The notes: a model not told the origin generated them from the sequence alone. A stretch of 64,000 nt of DNA from a bacterium (GCA_031385045.1 JANNBC010000048.1:99013-163012); one strand, 5' to 3'. Counted from the first letter of the stretch, positions 31,414-42,022 are shown. Translations and numbers: made by a program.

Positions 31414-33999
31414 CTAAGCTGAGTTCCTACTAGCATTGATATTACCAAACAGGGTCCGGGTGATCATTTTCTCATAAATATCAATTTGATCTTGATCCGG
31501 TTTTGCCTCAGAATTTAAGCTTTGAACCTGGCCTAAAGCAAACTGCTGAATCGTAACAAGTGGTAGTACTATTTTCTCTCGAATATCAATTGAGGCTTTC
31601 ACCGCCTTGGTATTCTCCATTAAGGTCTCAAAGGAAAATAACTCTAAAATTATTTTTTTTGTTCTTAAATATTCTTCGTGAATTAATGACCAAAAAGATC
31701 CAAACTCAGGATCATCATTTAAATGCGCAGTTAAAGGGAAAAATGATTTCGTTAAACTCATCATAGTATTTTCTAAAAGAGTTCTAAAAAATGCTGAATT
31801 TTTAAAAAGGTGTTCAACCCTTTCAAGTTCCCCTTTATTTTTAAAATTCTCAATTGCTAATCCAACGCCATAATACCCAGGCACATTTTGTTTTAACTGA
31901 CTCCAACTCCCAACAAAAGGAATCGCCCTTAAATCTTCAAAATTTAACTTGTTAGAATTACCCCTCTTTGCAGGACGACTACTAATATTTGTTTTGGCAT
32001 AATATTTTAATGTACTACGCTCTTCTAAGTAAGGCATAAACTTGGGATGATCTTTAAAATCTTGATAAGCCTGATAGCTAAGCTCTGCCAGTTCTTGCAT
32101 GGTTGCTTGATCCTCGGAAGATATCAGACTATTCTTCATGCTAAACATCTGATTTACAATTCCGGCACTCAGTAATTGTTCCAGATTGTACTGACAGGAA
32201 TCTAAATTTCCAAAGTTAGAACTGATCGTTTGGCCTTGAATTGTTAATTGGATCTCTTTGTTTTCAATTGTGGAACCCTGTGATGCATAAAACTGATGCG
32301 TCTTGCCTCCTCCTCTTGCTGGTGGCCCTCCGCGACCATCAAAGAAAAAAACATCTACCTGATACTTTCTAGAAAGTTTAGTAAGCATTTCTTTTGCTCG
32401 ATAAATACTCCAATTTGCCATTAGATATCCACCATCTTTTGTACCATCAGAAAAGCCCAACATAATAGTTTGTTTCTTACCACGGCGTAGTAAATGTTCG
32501 GCATAAAACTTATTGGCATAGAGCTCTGTCATGATCTCTTCTGCTTTTTGTAAGTCCTCAATTGTTTCAAATAGTGGAATAATATCAACCGTTGGTTGCT
32601 CCCAAGCAACTAAGCGCATTAATCCTAAAACTTCCATCACATTCAAAGCACTTTGGGTATTACTAATAATATAACGATTAGCGCCAAGTTCTCCATTTTG
32701 CTTTTGAATTAGGCGCATCGCCTTAAGGCTAGCAAGTGTATCCTTAGCAATTTCATCAATAATTGAATCAGGGGTTAGGTCTCCAGAAAGTTCTGTTAAA
32801 AATTCGATTTTTTCCTTGTCACTCCATAGAGAATATTCCTCAGGAAAAATCTTTAACCCTAAAACTTGAGTCTCCATAATTAACGTTTTGATCACTTGCT
32901 GATGAATACGTGAGTCTTGTCGGATATCAAGTGAAGCAAAATAAAATCCAAAAATTTTAACCTTACTAATTAGTTCATCAAGATCTTCAATGAAGAGTGA
33001 CTGATGCTTACTTTGTAAAATATCCCGAATTTCCAATAAGGTTCTTAAAAACTCCGCTGCTGTAAAACTTGTTGGCTCAAAATTTTGATAGCTATTTTGA
33101 TAAAGTTTTTGCTCTAAATCCTGCACTAAGTGATCAACCAGATCAAAAGTAATTCTCCTTTTAAGTTTTCGAATGTCGCGATAATAACTACGAAGCAAAC
33201 TTGTTTTTAAACGCTCGGCAACTTTTAAAGTTGTCTCACTATTAACATTTGGGTTTCCATCTCGATCTCCACCGGGCCAAAAACCTAGCATCACAATTTG
33301 ATTATCAATAATCTGACCATCAAATACATTTGTCTGCAGGTACTGATAGATCTTACTGGCTGAATGATAAAAAACATTTTCTAAAAACCAAATTAAGTTA
33401 ACTGCTTCTTCGTAAGGTGTCGGTTGTTGTTTATTAAAAAAGGGAGTTTTCCCTAGTTGGGCTAATAATTTTTTAATTAATGAGAAATTATCCTTTTTGA
33501 TTGCTTGAGTTAAATCAGTAATAATACCTAACACTGTTCCTGGATAAAACTGCGTGGGATGAGCTGTCAGGACAGTTCTAATTTTAAATTCACTAAGAAA
33601 TTTTTTTAATTCCAAAGCTTTCCCTTGCTCCTCAGCATTTTCTTTAATGTCTCGAAGAGTACCTTTGCCATCTAAATTATTAACTATCGCAAAAGCGGCA
33701 TCTTCCACAGCATCAAATAAAACCACTTGGCGTTCAATATATTGGATAAAACGAAACAATAAATCATTACGCTCATCAATAGTCCGATCTTGATAATACT
33801 GACTAAAGAAATCTGCTAAAATCTCAGTTGGATTCTTACCAATTTCATAGCCTTGTTCACAAAGTTCGCTAAATAAAGGAAGTAAAACACCTGTGTTCGT
33901 AATTTCATCGAAAGGTAAGGTTAGAAAAATACTATTATAAATTTGATATTTAGTTAGAACACTATCATTAAAACGTTCGATTTTTGGTTTTCGGAGCAT
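31414..33999 (-). CDS. ppc: Phosphoenolpyruvate carboxylase
   Basis: VLTAHPT, GGDRDGNP, PLFET, MLGFSDGTKDGG, GRGG...RGGG, LRAIPF. Confidence 0.97.
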   Translation of the reverse strand: MLRKPKIERFNDSVLTKYQIYNSIFLTLPFDEITNTGVLLPLFSELCEQGYEIGKNPTEILADFFSQYYQDRTIDERNDLLFRFIQYIERQVVLFDAVEDAAFAIVNNLDGKGTLRDIKENAEEQGKALELKKFLSEFKIRTVLTAHPTQFYPGTVLGIITDLTQAIKKDNFSLIKKLLAQLGKTPFFNKQQPTPYEEAVNLIWFLENVFYHSASKIYQYLQTNVFDGQIIDNQIVMLGFWPGGDRDGNPNVNSETTLKVAERLKTSLLRSYYRDIRKLKRRITFDLVDHLVQDLEQKLYQNSYQNFEPTSFTAAEFLRTLLEIRDILQSKHQSLFIEDLDELISKVKIFGFYFASLDIRQDSRIHQQVIKTLIMETQVLGLKIFPEEYSLWSDKEKIEFLTELSGDLTPDSIIDEIAKDTLASLKAMRLIQKQNGELGANRYIISNTQSALNVMEVLGLMRLVAWEQPTVDIIPLFETIEDLQKAEEIMTELYANKFYAEHLLRRGKKQTIMLGFSDGTKDGGYLMANWSIYRAKEMLTKLSRKYQVDVFFFDGRGGPPARGGGKTHQFYASQGSTIENKEIQLTIQGQTISSNFGNLDSCQYNLEQLLSAGIVNQMFSMKNSLISSEDQATMQELAELSYQAYQDFKDHPKFMPYLEERSTLKYYAKTNISSRPAKRGNSNKLNFEDLRAIPFVGSWSQLKQNVPGYYGVGLAIENFKNKGELERVEHLFKNSAFFRTLLENTMMSLTKSFFPLTAHLNDDPEFGSFWSLIHEEYLRTKKIILELFSFETLMENTKAVKASIDIREKIVLPLVTIQQFALGQVQSLNSEAKPDQDQIDIYEKMITRTLFGNINASRNSA

Positions 34000-34063
34000 A
34001 TTTCTTGGATCATCAGATAAAAGATTCCTCTTAAGTATACTAAATTTTTACTTAGACGGTTAG

Positions 34064-37000
34064 TCAATTCGCATTTTTATTTGTCTGACGATATACAATT
34101 GCGAGCAGACATGGCACCACAACTAAAGTGAGTAATGTAGAAGAGATAATCCCTCCAATCACTACTGTTGCCAGTGGTCGTTGCACTTCAGAACCCGTTC
34201 CTACAGAAATCGCCATTGGAATAAAGCCAAGGGAGGCAACTAATGCTGTCATTAAAATTGGTCGCAGCCTAGAAGACGCTCCCTCCACAATTGCTTTAAT
34301 CAAATCCTCTCCACTTAAAATAATTTTTTTAATAAAAGATACGAGTACTAAACTATTCAGCACGGCAACTCCTGATAAAGCAATAAAACCAACGGCGGCT
34401 GAGATCGAAAATGGAATACCTCGTAACCACAAGGCAAAAATTCCACCTGATAATGCAAATGGAACGCCTACAAAAACAATTAAGGAATCTCGTATGGAAT
34501 GTAAGGTAATAAAAATTAATAGAAAGACAGTAAGTAGCACTAATGGAATAACTATTGTTAGCTTGGCTTGTGCTGATAAAAGATTTTCATACTGCCCACC
34601 CCACTTTAACCAATAGCCAGCAGGTAATTTAACCTCAGTTAAAATTGTTTTTTGAGCCTCTTCCACAAATGAACCTAAATCTCGACTCCGAACATTTGCT
34701 GTGACCACTACTCTCCGTTTGCCATCCTCTCGACTAATTTGATTAGGCCCTTCAACAATATCAATCTGGGCGAGATCACTTAATCTGACATAAGAACGCT
34801 CGGAAAGTTCTGGTTTTAAATCAGCATTAATTGTTTCAATTAAATGTCCATGTTGAGTTTCTTCAATCGGCAAAGGAATCGGGAGTGAGCGAATTGAATT
34901 AATATTGTTTCGATCTAATTCTGAAAGCCTCACCGTAATTGGAAATTTACGATCACCTTCAAAAAATTCACTCACTTGATTACCAGCAAAAGCAGTATGA
35001 ACAACGGCTTGGAGCTGAGTCATAGTAATTCCAAAACGAGCTATTTTTTCACGATCAGGCTTAACCACAATAACTGGCAATCCCGTAGCCTGTTCTAATT
35101 TCACATCAGAGGCACCTTCAACACGAGCTACTAAGTTACGAATCTTCTCCCCCTCCTCCAATAGAATCGCTGAATCATCTCCAAAAATCTTTACGGCAAC
35201 ATCACTACGAACACCAGCAATTAACTCATTAAAACGCATCTGTATTGGTTGCGTAAATTCATAATTATTACCCGGAATTTTTGCTACTAGCTCTTCCAGC
35301 TCGGCAACTAAAACTTTTTTTGGCTTCCGTGGATTTTTCCATTCCGATCGAGGCTTAATCATCACAAAACCATCAGCAACACTTGGTGGCATCGGATCAT
35401 TGGCAATTTCTGCGGTACCAATTTTGGCAAAAACATTACTCACTTCCGGAATTTCCTTAATTGCCTGCTCCAGTTTATGTTGCATTTCAACAGACTGTTC
35501 TAAAGAGGTGCCAGGAATCCGCAAAGCATGCATAGCGATATCCCCTTCATCAAGTGAAGGAACAAACTCAGAACCTAAGCGAGTAAAAATTATTAATGAT
35601 AGAAGAAAAATTATGATTGAAGCAGCGACTGCAAGAACTGGCTTTTGCAGACTAGCGTCTAATAATTCTTTGTACTTATTCTGTAAATAACTTAATAAAC
35701 CACCTTGCTTTTCTTTGACTTCACCAGTCATAAAAACTGCTACTGCTGCAGGGATAAAAGTTAATGAAAGGATAAATGCTGCCCCCAGTGCCAGTAAAAC
35801 TGTAAATGCCATTGGGTGGTACATCTTGCCCTCAATACCAGTAAGGGTAAGAATTGGTACATAGACAACCATGATAATTAGTTCGCCAAAAAGAGTTGCT
35901 TGGCGTACCTCCGTTGAAGCTTCATAGATTACATTTAGCCGTTCTTCCTTATTTAACAATCTACCAAGCTGATGTTGCAACAAACCAAGTCGGCGAATGC
36001 AATTCTCGACTAAAATTACAGCGCCATCAACAATCAACCCAAAATCCAAGGCACCAAGACTCATCAAATTAGCGCTCAATTTACAACTCGACATACCAAA
36101 AATTGTGATTAACATGGATAGTGGAATCACACAGGCAGTGATTAGTGCTGCCCGAAAATTCCCAAGCATCACAAATAAAATCACAATTACTAACAAGGCC
36201 CCTTCAATTAAGTTTTTACGTACTGTAGCGATCGTCGAATTAACCAAATTGGTACGATCGTAAACTGGTTTAATCGTGACTCCTTCTGGTAAGGAAGGAG
36301 CAATTTGCTTAATCCTCTCACGAACCAAGCCAGAAACTTCTCGACCATTTTCTCCAATCAACATAAAGACTGTCCCCAGAACAACTTCCCGACCATTCTC
36401 TGTTGCTGCACCAGTCCGTAGCTCTGAGCCAATTTGCAAACTAGCCAAATCTTTAACTAGAACTGGAATACTTTCATGAATTCCAACAACAATCTCCAAT
36501 AAGTCTTCTATTGTTTCTAACTGTGCTGGCACACGAATCAATAATTGCTCGCCATTCTGTTCAATAAATCCAGCACCAATATTGGAATTATTTTCAGCAA
36601 TGGCAATTGTCAAATCATCCAAGGTTAAATCATACCCGCGAAGACGCTCTAGATTGGGAGTAACTACATACTGCTTGGATGCTCCACCGATTGAATTAAT
36701 TTCAATGACCCCGGGTATCGTTCGCAGTTGTGGCTTAACAATCCAATCTTGAATCTCTCTTAACTCTTGTAATGAACGAGTATGATTTGTCCCAATGGAA
36801 TTTTCCACAGTGAACATAAATATTTCACCTAGACCTGTTGTAATTGGCCCTAGTGAAGGAACAGTTCCCGTAGGTAAATGCGCAACAGCTTCCTGCAATC
36901 TTTGTGCAACTAATTGTCTTGCAAAATATATATCAGTTCCATCTTTAAAAATTAAAGTAACTTGGGATAAACCATAACGCGATAAGGAACGTGAATATTC

Positions 37001-37237
37001 TAATCCCGGAATACCTGCTAATAATATTTCCATTGGACTGGTAATGCGCTGTTCTGCTTCTAGTGGCGAATATCCCACTGCCTCAGTGTTAATCTGTACT
37101 TGGACATTAGTAATATCTGGTACGGCATCAATCCTTAGGTGCTGATAGGAAGATAAACCTAACACCATGCTAAGTAGGGTTAGTAGCAACACTAAATAGC
37201 GATAGCGAATTGAAAAACTTATAATTGAATTGAACAT
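34064..37237 (-). CDS. czcA: CusA/CzcA heavy-metal RND efflux pump
   Basis: IDAVPDITNVQVQ, MSLGALDFGLIVDG, RLRPILMT, GSEVQRPLA. Confidence 0.96.
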   Translation of the reverse strand: MFNSIISFSIRYRYLVLLLTLLSMVLGLSSYQHLRIDAVPDITNVQVQINTEAVGYSPLEAEQRITSPMEILLAGIPGLEYSRSLSRYGLSQVTLIFKDGTDIYFARQLVAQRLQEAVAHLPTGTVPSLGPITTGLGEIFMFTVENSIGTNHTRSLQELREIQDWIVKPQLRTIPGVIEINSIGGASKQYVVTPNLERLRGYDLTLDDLTIAIAENNSNIGAGFIEQNGEQLLIRVPAQLETIEDLLEIVVGIHESIPVLVKDLASLQIGSELRTGAATENGREVVLGTVFMLIGENGREVSGLVRERIKQIAPSLPEGVTIKPVYDRTNLVNSTIATVRKNLIEGALLVIVILFVMLGNFRAALITACVIPLSMLITIFGMSSCKLSANLMSLGALDFGLIVDGAVILVENCIRRLGLLQHQLGRLLNKEERLNVIYEASTEVRQATLFGELIIMVVYVPILTLTGIEGKMYHPMAFTVLLALGAAFILSLTFIPAAVAVFMTGEVKEKQGGLLSYLQNKYKELLDASLQKPVLAVAASIIIFLLSLIIFTRLGSEFVPSLDEGDIAMHALRIPGTSLEQSVEMQHKLEQAIKEIPEVSNVFAKIGTAEIANDPMPPSVADGFVMIKPRSEWKNPRKPKKVLVAELEELVAKIPGNNYEFTQPIQMRFNELIAGVRSDVAVKIFGDDSAILLEEGEKIRNLVARVEGASDVKLEQATGLPVIVVKPDREKIARFGITMTQLQAVVHTAFAGNQVSEFFEGDRKFPITVRLSELDRNNINSIRSLPIPLPIEETQHGHLIETINADLKPELSERSYVRLSDLAQIDIVEGPNQISREDGKRRVVVTANVRSRDLGSFVEEAQKTILTEVKLPAGYWLKWGGQYENLLSAQAKLTIVIPLVLLTVFLLIFITLHSIRDSLIVFVGVPFALSGGIFALWLRGIPFSISAAVGFIALSGVAVLNSLVLVSFIKKIILSGEDLIKAIVEGASSRLRPILMTALVASLGFIPMAISVGTGSEVQRPLATVVIGGIISSTLLTLVVVPCLLAIVYRQTNKNAN

Positions 37238-37246
37238 AATATTTCT

Positions 37247-38497
37247 TTAATGATCGTGGCTCGCTCCTGACTTCAAGATATCGGCTTTAATCGTAAAAGC
37301 ATTGGCTGTTACATATTCTTCACTTGCTTGCAGGCCAGAGAGGACTTCTGTCCATTCACCATCACTCCTTCCCAGCTGCAGGGGACGAATCTCATAGATA
37401 TCCCCATGCTTAGCAAAAACTACTTGCCAGTCTCGAAAGCGCTGAAGCGCATTATTTCTAACTGCTAGCTTGGTCATCTGCTCATCCGTTTTAATACTTC
37501 CTGTTACAAACATCCCCGGCAATAGTAGCCCGGCAGTGTTAGAAATAATTACTCGAACTAATTGTGACTGAGTTTTCTCATCTAGATATGGAGCCACATA
37601 ATAAATTTCACCTTTAAATTTACCTTCGTCGGAAGTTGTCAGGGCTACCTTTTGTCCCTTCTTAACTAAGTTACGTTGATTAATTGGTACCAGAAAATCT
37701 GCCCAGACCTCTGAAAGATCGGCTACGATATAGACCCACTGATTTTCTGGCACAAACTCACCGACAATTAGATGGCCATTAATAACAGTCCCAGCAATTT
37801 GCGAACGAACCTCATACGGTTGCAAGCTTTGATTACTTTCAATAATTGCTAAAACTTCACCTTTCTCAACAGCATCACCAATATGCTTCCTCCCTTCTTT
37901 AACAATCCCTGAAAATCTAGGAACGATGTGCGCGATCCGATGCTCACTTGACAAGATCTTCCCTCGAACATTAATCATTGATCGGATAATTTGATTGCTG
38001 GCGCTTTCAGTTTTAATTCCAGACGTTAATGCTACTTCATCAGGCATACTGGTTCGACCCTCATAAGACGGATATTCCCATTGATAATTCTTTGCTTGAT
38101 ACTTAGCTAGAATCTTGACATCAAAAGAATGTGGCTCAGTAACTACTTGTTCAGAGCTTAGAAACTGTCCAACAGGAGTCAATTCAAAAGTACTAACTTC
38201 TCCGCCTAGACGAGTTAATTGAATTTCAACTTGTAGATCTTTTGCTGGTAATAATCTTTCTGCCTCATATCCGTAAACTCGATACTGAGGTTCAGTTCCT
38301 TCTTCAAAAATAACTATTTCTAATTTAAGGTTTTCTTCCTCTAGCAAGCGACCACCATGAGGACCTTTAACTTCGTGGGCTTCTTCATGTTCCTCATCGG
38401 CATGGTGTTTTTCATCCGGCGACTTACAACTAATACCCAAACAAAGAATCGGTAATAGAACGACCAATAAACAGCTTTTGATTAATTGATTACACAT
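37247..38497 (-). CDS. czcB: CzcB-like RND membrane fusion protein
   Basis: His/Glu-rich N-terminus with GPHGG, LPGMFV, C-terminal KADILKSGASHDH. Confidence 0.92.
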   Translation of the reverse strand: MCNQLIKSCLLVVLLPILCLGISCKSPDEKHHADEEHEEAHEVKGPHGGRLLEEENLKLEIVIFEEGTEPQYRVYGYEAERLLPAKDLQVEIQLTRLGGEVSTFELTPVGQFLSSEQVVTEPHSFDVKILAKYQAKNYQWEYPSYEGRTSMPDEVALTSGIKTESASNQIIRSMINVRGKILSSEHRIAHIVPRFSGIVKEGRKHIGDAVEKGEVLAIIESNQSLQPYEVRSQIAGTVINGHLIVGEFVPENQWVYIVADLSEVWADFLVPINQRNLVKKGQKVALTTSDEGKFKGEIYYVAPYLDEKTQSQLVRVIISNTAGLLLPGMFVTGSIKTDEQMTKLAVRNNALQRFRDWQVVFAKHGDIYEIRPLQLGRSDGEWTEVLSGLQASEEYVTANAFTIKADILKSGASHDH

Positions 38498-39754
38498 TTA
38501 AATTTCCTCACCAATAAGTAATGACAAACGGATTCGAGCAGCTACATTACTGCTCCATAATTTCAATGACTGTTCTTGAACTTCACTGAGCATTCTTAAG
38601 CTTTGCCAAACTTGCAAGACATCCCCCTGTCCTTTGGTAAAAAGTTCTTCTTGGATTTTTAGTGCCTCTTGAAAAGACGGAATCACATTCTTGTTAAATA
38701 ACTCTAATTGCCTACGAGCATTTTGATTGGCTACCTGTAGGTAAGTGACTTGCGACCTTAAAGCTTCTGGTGCGAATATTTGTTCCTGGGCCTCAACTGC
38801 CGCTAACTGTGCTGAGGCTCTTAATTTTTCTGCTTGGTTGCGATTCCAGACTGGCAGAGGAATAGTGATACCAAATCCAAAAAAATCTCCACCATCATTT
38901 GTATGTTGATAAACTAACTTTGGAGTAAATTCTGGATATGAATCTAGTTCGGCTAACTGATTTTGTTCAACGGCTAAGCGATCTAAAATCTTTAATCTCG
39001 CTTGTTCACTTAATTCACTATCTTTAGAATACTCTAGCAAAGTCTCAACCGAAGGAATTTTTAAAAACTCTGGAGGTAACTTGGCTAAAACACAGGAAAC
39101 ACCAAGATTTTTTTGAATTTCATGTTGAGTTAAGGCGATACTAGTACTAACTCCTAATTGACTTGCTTGTAGTCGGTACTTTTCTCCTTCAAAAAGCTTC
39201 TCTTCTCCCTTGGAAAGCAAACCTTTAATAACAGCCTCTTTAATCAAATTTAATTTCTTATTCGCTCGAGTCTCTGCTTCTGCAAAAACTTCGGCTGTTC
39301 TTTGCAATGCCCAAAGACGATAATATAAGAGTCTCATTCTTTGACTAAGTTCAAAGATCTCAGTTGCTTGGTTTACCTTACTAGCTTTACGAATCAACTC
39401 AGCAACATTGTCTCTTTTACCAAAGTCCGATAATCTTAATTTCTGTCCAAAACTCACAGCATTCTGAGCATCATTTGCGCCAGCTAATTCCATCGAGGTG
39501 AAGGTTCGCTCAATGGCCAACTCTGGATTGGCTAAAACTTTCAGATCAAACGCGTTCGCTAGCTGACTAGCAAATTTACTATCAATCTTTTTGATTAAAG
39601 GGCTATTCTTAATTCCTAAGGCTCGAAACTCATCAAAAGACAACTCTGTCTTACAGTTATTTGTTATATCAGTTTCACAAATTGCTTGCTGGGAAATCAG
39701 TAAGATTAAGAGCAAGGAAATAATTTGGAAACTGACAGGAGTATATCTACTCAT
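38498..39754 (-). CDS. czcC: TolC-family outer-membrane efflux protein (CzcC-like)
   Basis: NPEL, IPLPVWNRNQ motifs; first gene of CBA order. Confidence 0.88.
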   Translation of the reverse strand: MSRYTPVSFQIISLLLILLISQQAICETDITNNCKTELSFDEFRALGIKNSPLIKKIDSKFASQLANAFDLKVLANPELAIERTFTSMELAGANDAQNAVSFGQKLRLSDFGKRDNVAELIRKASKVNQATEIFELSQRMRLLYYRLWALQRTAEVFAEAETRANKKLNLIKEAVIKGLLSKGEEKLFEGEKYRLQASQLGVSTSIALTQHEIQKNLGVSCVLAKLPPEFLKIPSVETLLEYSKDSELSEQARLKILDRLAVEQNQLAELDSYPEFTPKLVYQHTNDGGDFFGFGITIPLPVWNRNQAEKLRASAQLAAVEAQEQIFAPEALRSQVTYLQVANQNARRQLELFNKNVIPSFQEALKIQEELFTKGQGDVLQVWQSLRMLSEVQEQSLKLWSSNVAARIRLSLLIGEEI

Positions 39755-39810
39755 GTTGATCCTAAATTTTTTAAATTATATTTTTTACTTCTATGGTATT
39801 TGCTAAGAGT

Positions 39811-40245
39811 TTAGCTCAGTGGTGGAGCTTGAGGAGCCGAATCAAGGGAAATTAATAGACCTGCTACTTTACTTAGATGATGCAAATCTAAATCAATAGA
39901 GTCTTTACTTACGATAAATGAAATTGGAGCAAATAATTCTGTTATTGTCCATTTAGAGAATTCTAAATTTAGATCTACAAAATAATCGTAATCATGATTA
40001 AGTGATTTATGCAAACTAAGGCCGATAATTGGGCATGACTCCGTATTTTTTTCAGAATCTGAAGAGTTTCCATGACAAGGGTCATTTTCTGAAGTTGAAC
40101 TTTCACGTTGGGGATGCGCTCCTAAATCAACCTTCCCTAACGAGGCACAAGCTTCTTCTAAAAAGCAATGATTGGCAAACAGGAATAGGACAGAAACTAA
40201 GCAATAAGCTAAGATGCGTTTTGTAATTTCCCCTAAAGTGAACAT
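39811..40245 (-). CDS. Putative CzcI/DUF2946-like leader protein with C-terminal QAPP
   Basis: N-terminal hydrophobic segment, NHC/CHG/ESC residues, ends APQAPPLS; 56 nt upstream of czcC. Confidence 0.6.
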   Translation of the reverse strand: MFTLGEITKRILAYCLVSVLFLFANHCFLEEACASLGKVDLGAHPQRESSTSENDPCHGNSSDSEKNTESCPIIGLSLHKSLNHDYDYFVDLNLEFSKWTITELFAPISFIVSKDSIDLDLHHLSKVAGLLISLDSAPQAPPLS

Positions 40246-40305
40246 ATTAGTTTTATATCATGCTCTGATTAAATTTAACAATAGTTTATCAACTTGTGAG
40301 ATCCT

Positions 40306-40659
40306 TTAGATTAAAATCCCGTATCTTCTAACTACCAAAGCAGTGAAAAAATAGAGCAAGATAGTGACACCTAAGCTTACCGCTAAGCTAGAATAAAAAT
40401 TCCAGCCTTGTTTTTCCAACAACCAGGGAAGTAACAGAAACATTGGCAAGCTTGGTAAAACCATCCAAAAGACACCTGTGCTATGACTACTAATCTTAGT
40501 CGTTGGGACATGCTCTTGATGCATCCAAATCATACCCAAGACACTAATTAACGGAATAGATGCTAACAAACTCCCAATAAATGAATTAAATTTACCAATT
40601 TCTGAGACAGCAACGATAATTAATGAAGTGACAATAATTTTGACAAGATACCAGACCAT
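40306..40659 (-). CDS. DUF3147 family membrane protein
   Basis: VSEIGK, LLASIPLIS, VFWMVLPSLPMF. Confidence 0.8.
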   Translation of the reverse strand: MVWYLVKIIVTSLIIVAVSEIGKFNSFIGSLLASIPLISVLGMIWMHQEHVPTTKISSHSTGVFWMVLPSLPMFLLLPWLLEKQGWNFYSSLAVSLGVTILLYFFTALVVRRYGILI

Positions 40660-40685
40660 TATTTACCTCAATAAAATAAAACTTT

Positions 40686-41132
40686 TCAATCTGCACGACC
40701 ACGCTTTTGATCTAGGCGTCCACAAGCATAAGCCTGAAAAACACCTTGAACCTGATCCCGAATCATTCGAAAAAAGATTCGCTGTTCTTCTTCCGACCCG
40801 ACTACTTTTGCAGGATCTTCAAATGGAAAGTGATGTCGATTTACTTGCCCTGGAAAGATTGGACAAGCCTGCTCCGCATTACCACATACTGTTATAATAG
40901 TTTCGACATTTTGATTTAAAAATTGTTCTAGGTGCTTGGAGGTATGACTTCTAATATCCAAACCAATTTCTAGCATAACTTCAATAGCCATTGGATGAAC
41001 ATACCCTGCCGGTTGTGATCCAGCACTAGCAACTTCAAAATCTTCACCAAGTGCCTGGCTCAAGATGCCTTCCGCTAGATGAGAGCGACAACTATTTCCC
41101 GTACAGAGTATTAAAATTAATGGCTTTAACAT
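40686..41132 (-). CDS. arsC: Thioredoxin-coupled arsenate reductase (LMW-PTP fold)
   Basis: CTGNSCRS P-loop, CGNAEQAC, EDP; ATG at 41132. Confidence 0.93.
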   Translation of the reverse strand: MLKPLILILCTGNSCRSHLAEGILSQALGEDFEVASAGSQPAGYVHPMAIEVMLEIGLDIRSHTSKHLEQFLNQNVETIITVCGNAEQACPIFPGQVNRHHFPFEDPAKVVGSEEEQRIFFRMIRDQVQGVFQAYACGRLDQKRGRAD

Positions 41133-41137
41133 AGACA

Positions 41138-41611
41138 CTAACAACAATTAGAATCCGAACCACAACAACTTTTAGACTCATTTTTTGGAGACACTGCGGG
41201 AAGTCCACAAAGCTCTTTTGCCAGGCAATCAGTATGTTTGACACCTAGATGCAAAATAATTGCACTATCACTAACTTGATGTTGAATAATATTATACTGA
41301 GAAATTAAAAGATCCTCATATTCAATTTCTACCGACATTTCCTCGTCCACTAAGAAGGATTCTGCTTTCTTAAAAATCTTTTTAGCTTTACTAGCTTCCA
41401 AACGATGGTCTGCATCTGCCCCAACCCAAATTTGCAATTGGCAAGTTTTAATATCTCTTAGTGTTCCACCACAATCAATAAAAGTCTTATGCACTAAACC
41501 AATCTCTGTAATATGAAATGATACTGGAACTTGGTTTCCATTTGGTAGTATGAGTTGTAATTGCTTACTGTCATTAGCAGTTAATAAGTTTTTAAATTCA
41601 ATAATTTTCAT
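41138..41611 (-). CDS. DUF6428-like protein, Cys-rich C-terminus
   Basis: FHITEIG, FIDCGG, HTDCLAKELC, terminal CC...CC. Confidence 0.8.
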   Translation of the reverse strand: MKIIEFKNLLTANDSKQLQLILPNGNQVPVSFHITEIGLVHKTFIDCGGTLRDIKTCQLQIWVGADADHRLEASKAKKIFKKAESFLVDEEMSVEIEYEDLLISQYNIIQHQVSDSAIILHLGVKHTDCLAKELCGLPAVSPKNESKSCCGSDSNCC

Positions 41612-41612
41612 A

Positions 41613-41984
41613 TCATTTTCTTTTTAAATTTTTTGGCCTTGGACAACAAGCTAACTCACTCTGTTGTAATCTTTGCAGAGCTCGCTTTGCATCTGCTTTT
41701 AATAAGGGACTGGAAATACTATTTGCTTCAAAACTGTTAGCAAGTTCCAAAATTATTTTTTTATACTCTGGAATAATTTTGTAATAAATCCATTTTTCGC
41801 ACCGCTCCTGATCTAATAGCCCTGCCTTTTTCATTACTTGCAAATGACTAGAGACCGAGGATTGAGGCATCTGAAAAATATCAGCAAGTTCACAGGCACA
41901 GAACGCCTGATCAATTATTAACTGAGAAATTCTCCAACGAGTTGGATCTGCTAGTGCCTGATTAAATGCGATTAATTTATCCAT
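41613..41984 (-). CDS. arsR: ArsR/SmtB family transcriptional repressor
   Basis: ALADPTR, CACEL, SSVSSHL, C-terminal CC. Confidence 0.92.
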   Translation of the reverse strand: MDKLIAFNQALADPTRWRISQLIIDQAFCACELADIFQMPQSSVSSHLQVMKKAGLLDQERCEKWIYYKIIPEYKKIILELANSFEANSISSPLLKADAKRALQRLQQSELACCPRPKNLKRK

Positions 41985-41992
41985 CGATAATA

Positions 41993-42022
41993 ATCATAAC
42001 GATAAATACCGTTATATGTCAA
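41993..42022 (-). promoter_or_regulatory. sigma70 promoter of ars operon with overlapping palindromic operator
   Basis: TTGACA (42022-42017), 18 nt, TATGAT (41998-41993); ATAACG-N8-CGTTAT palindrome at 41996-42015. Confidence 0.7.
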
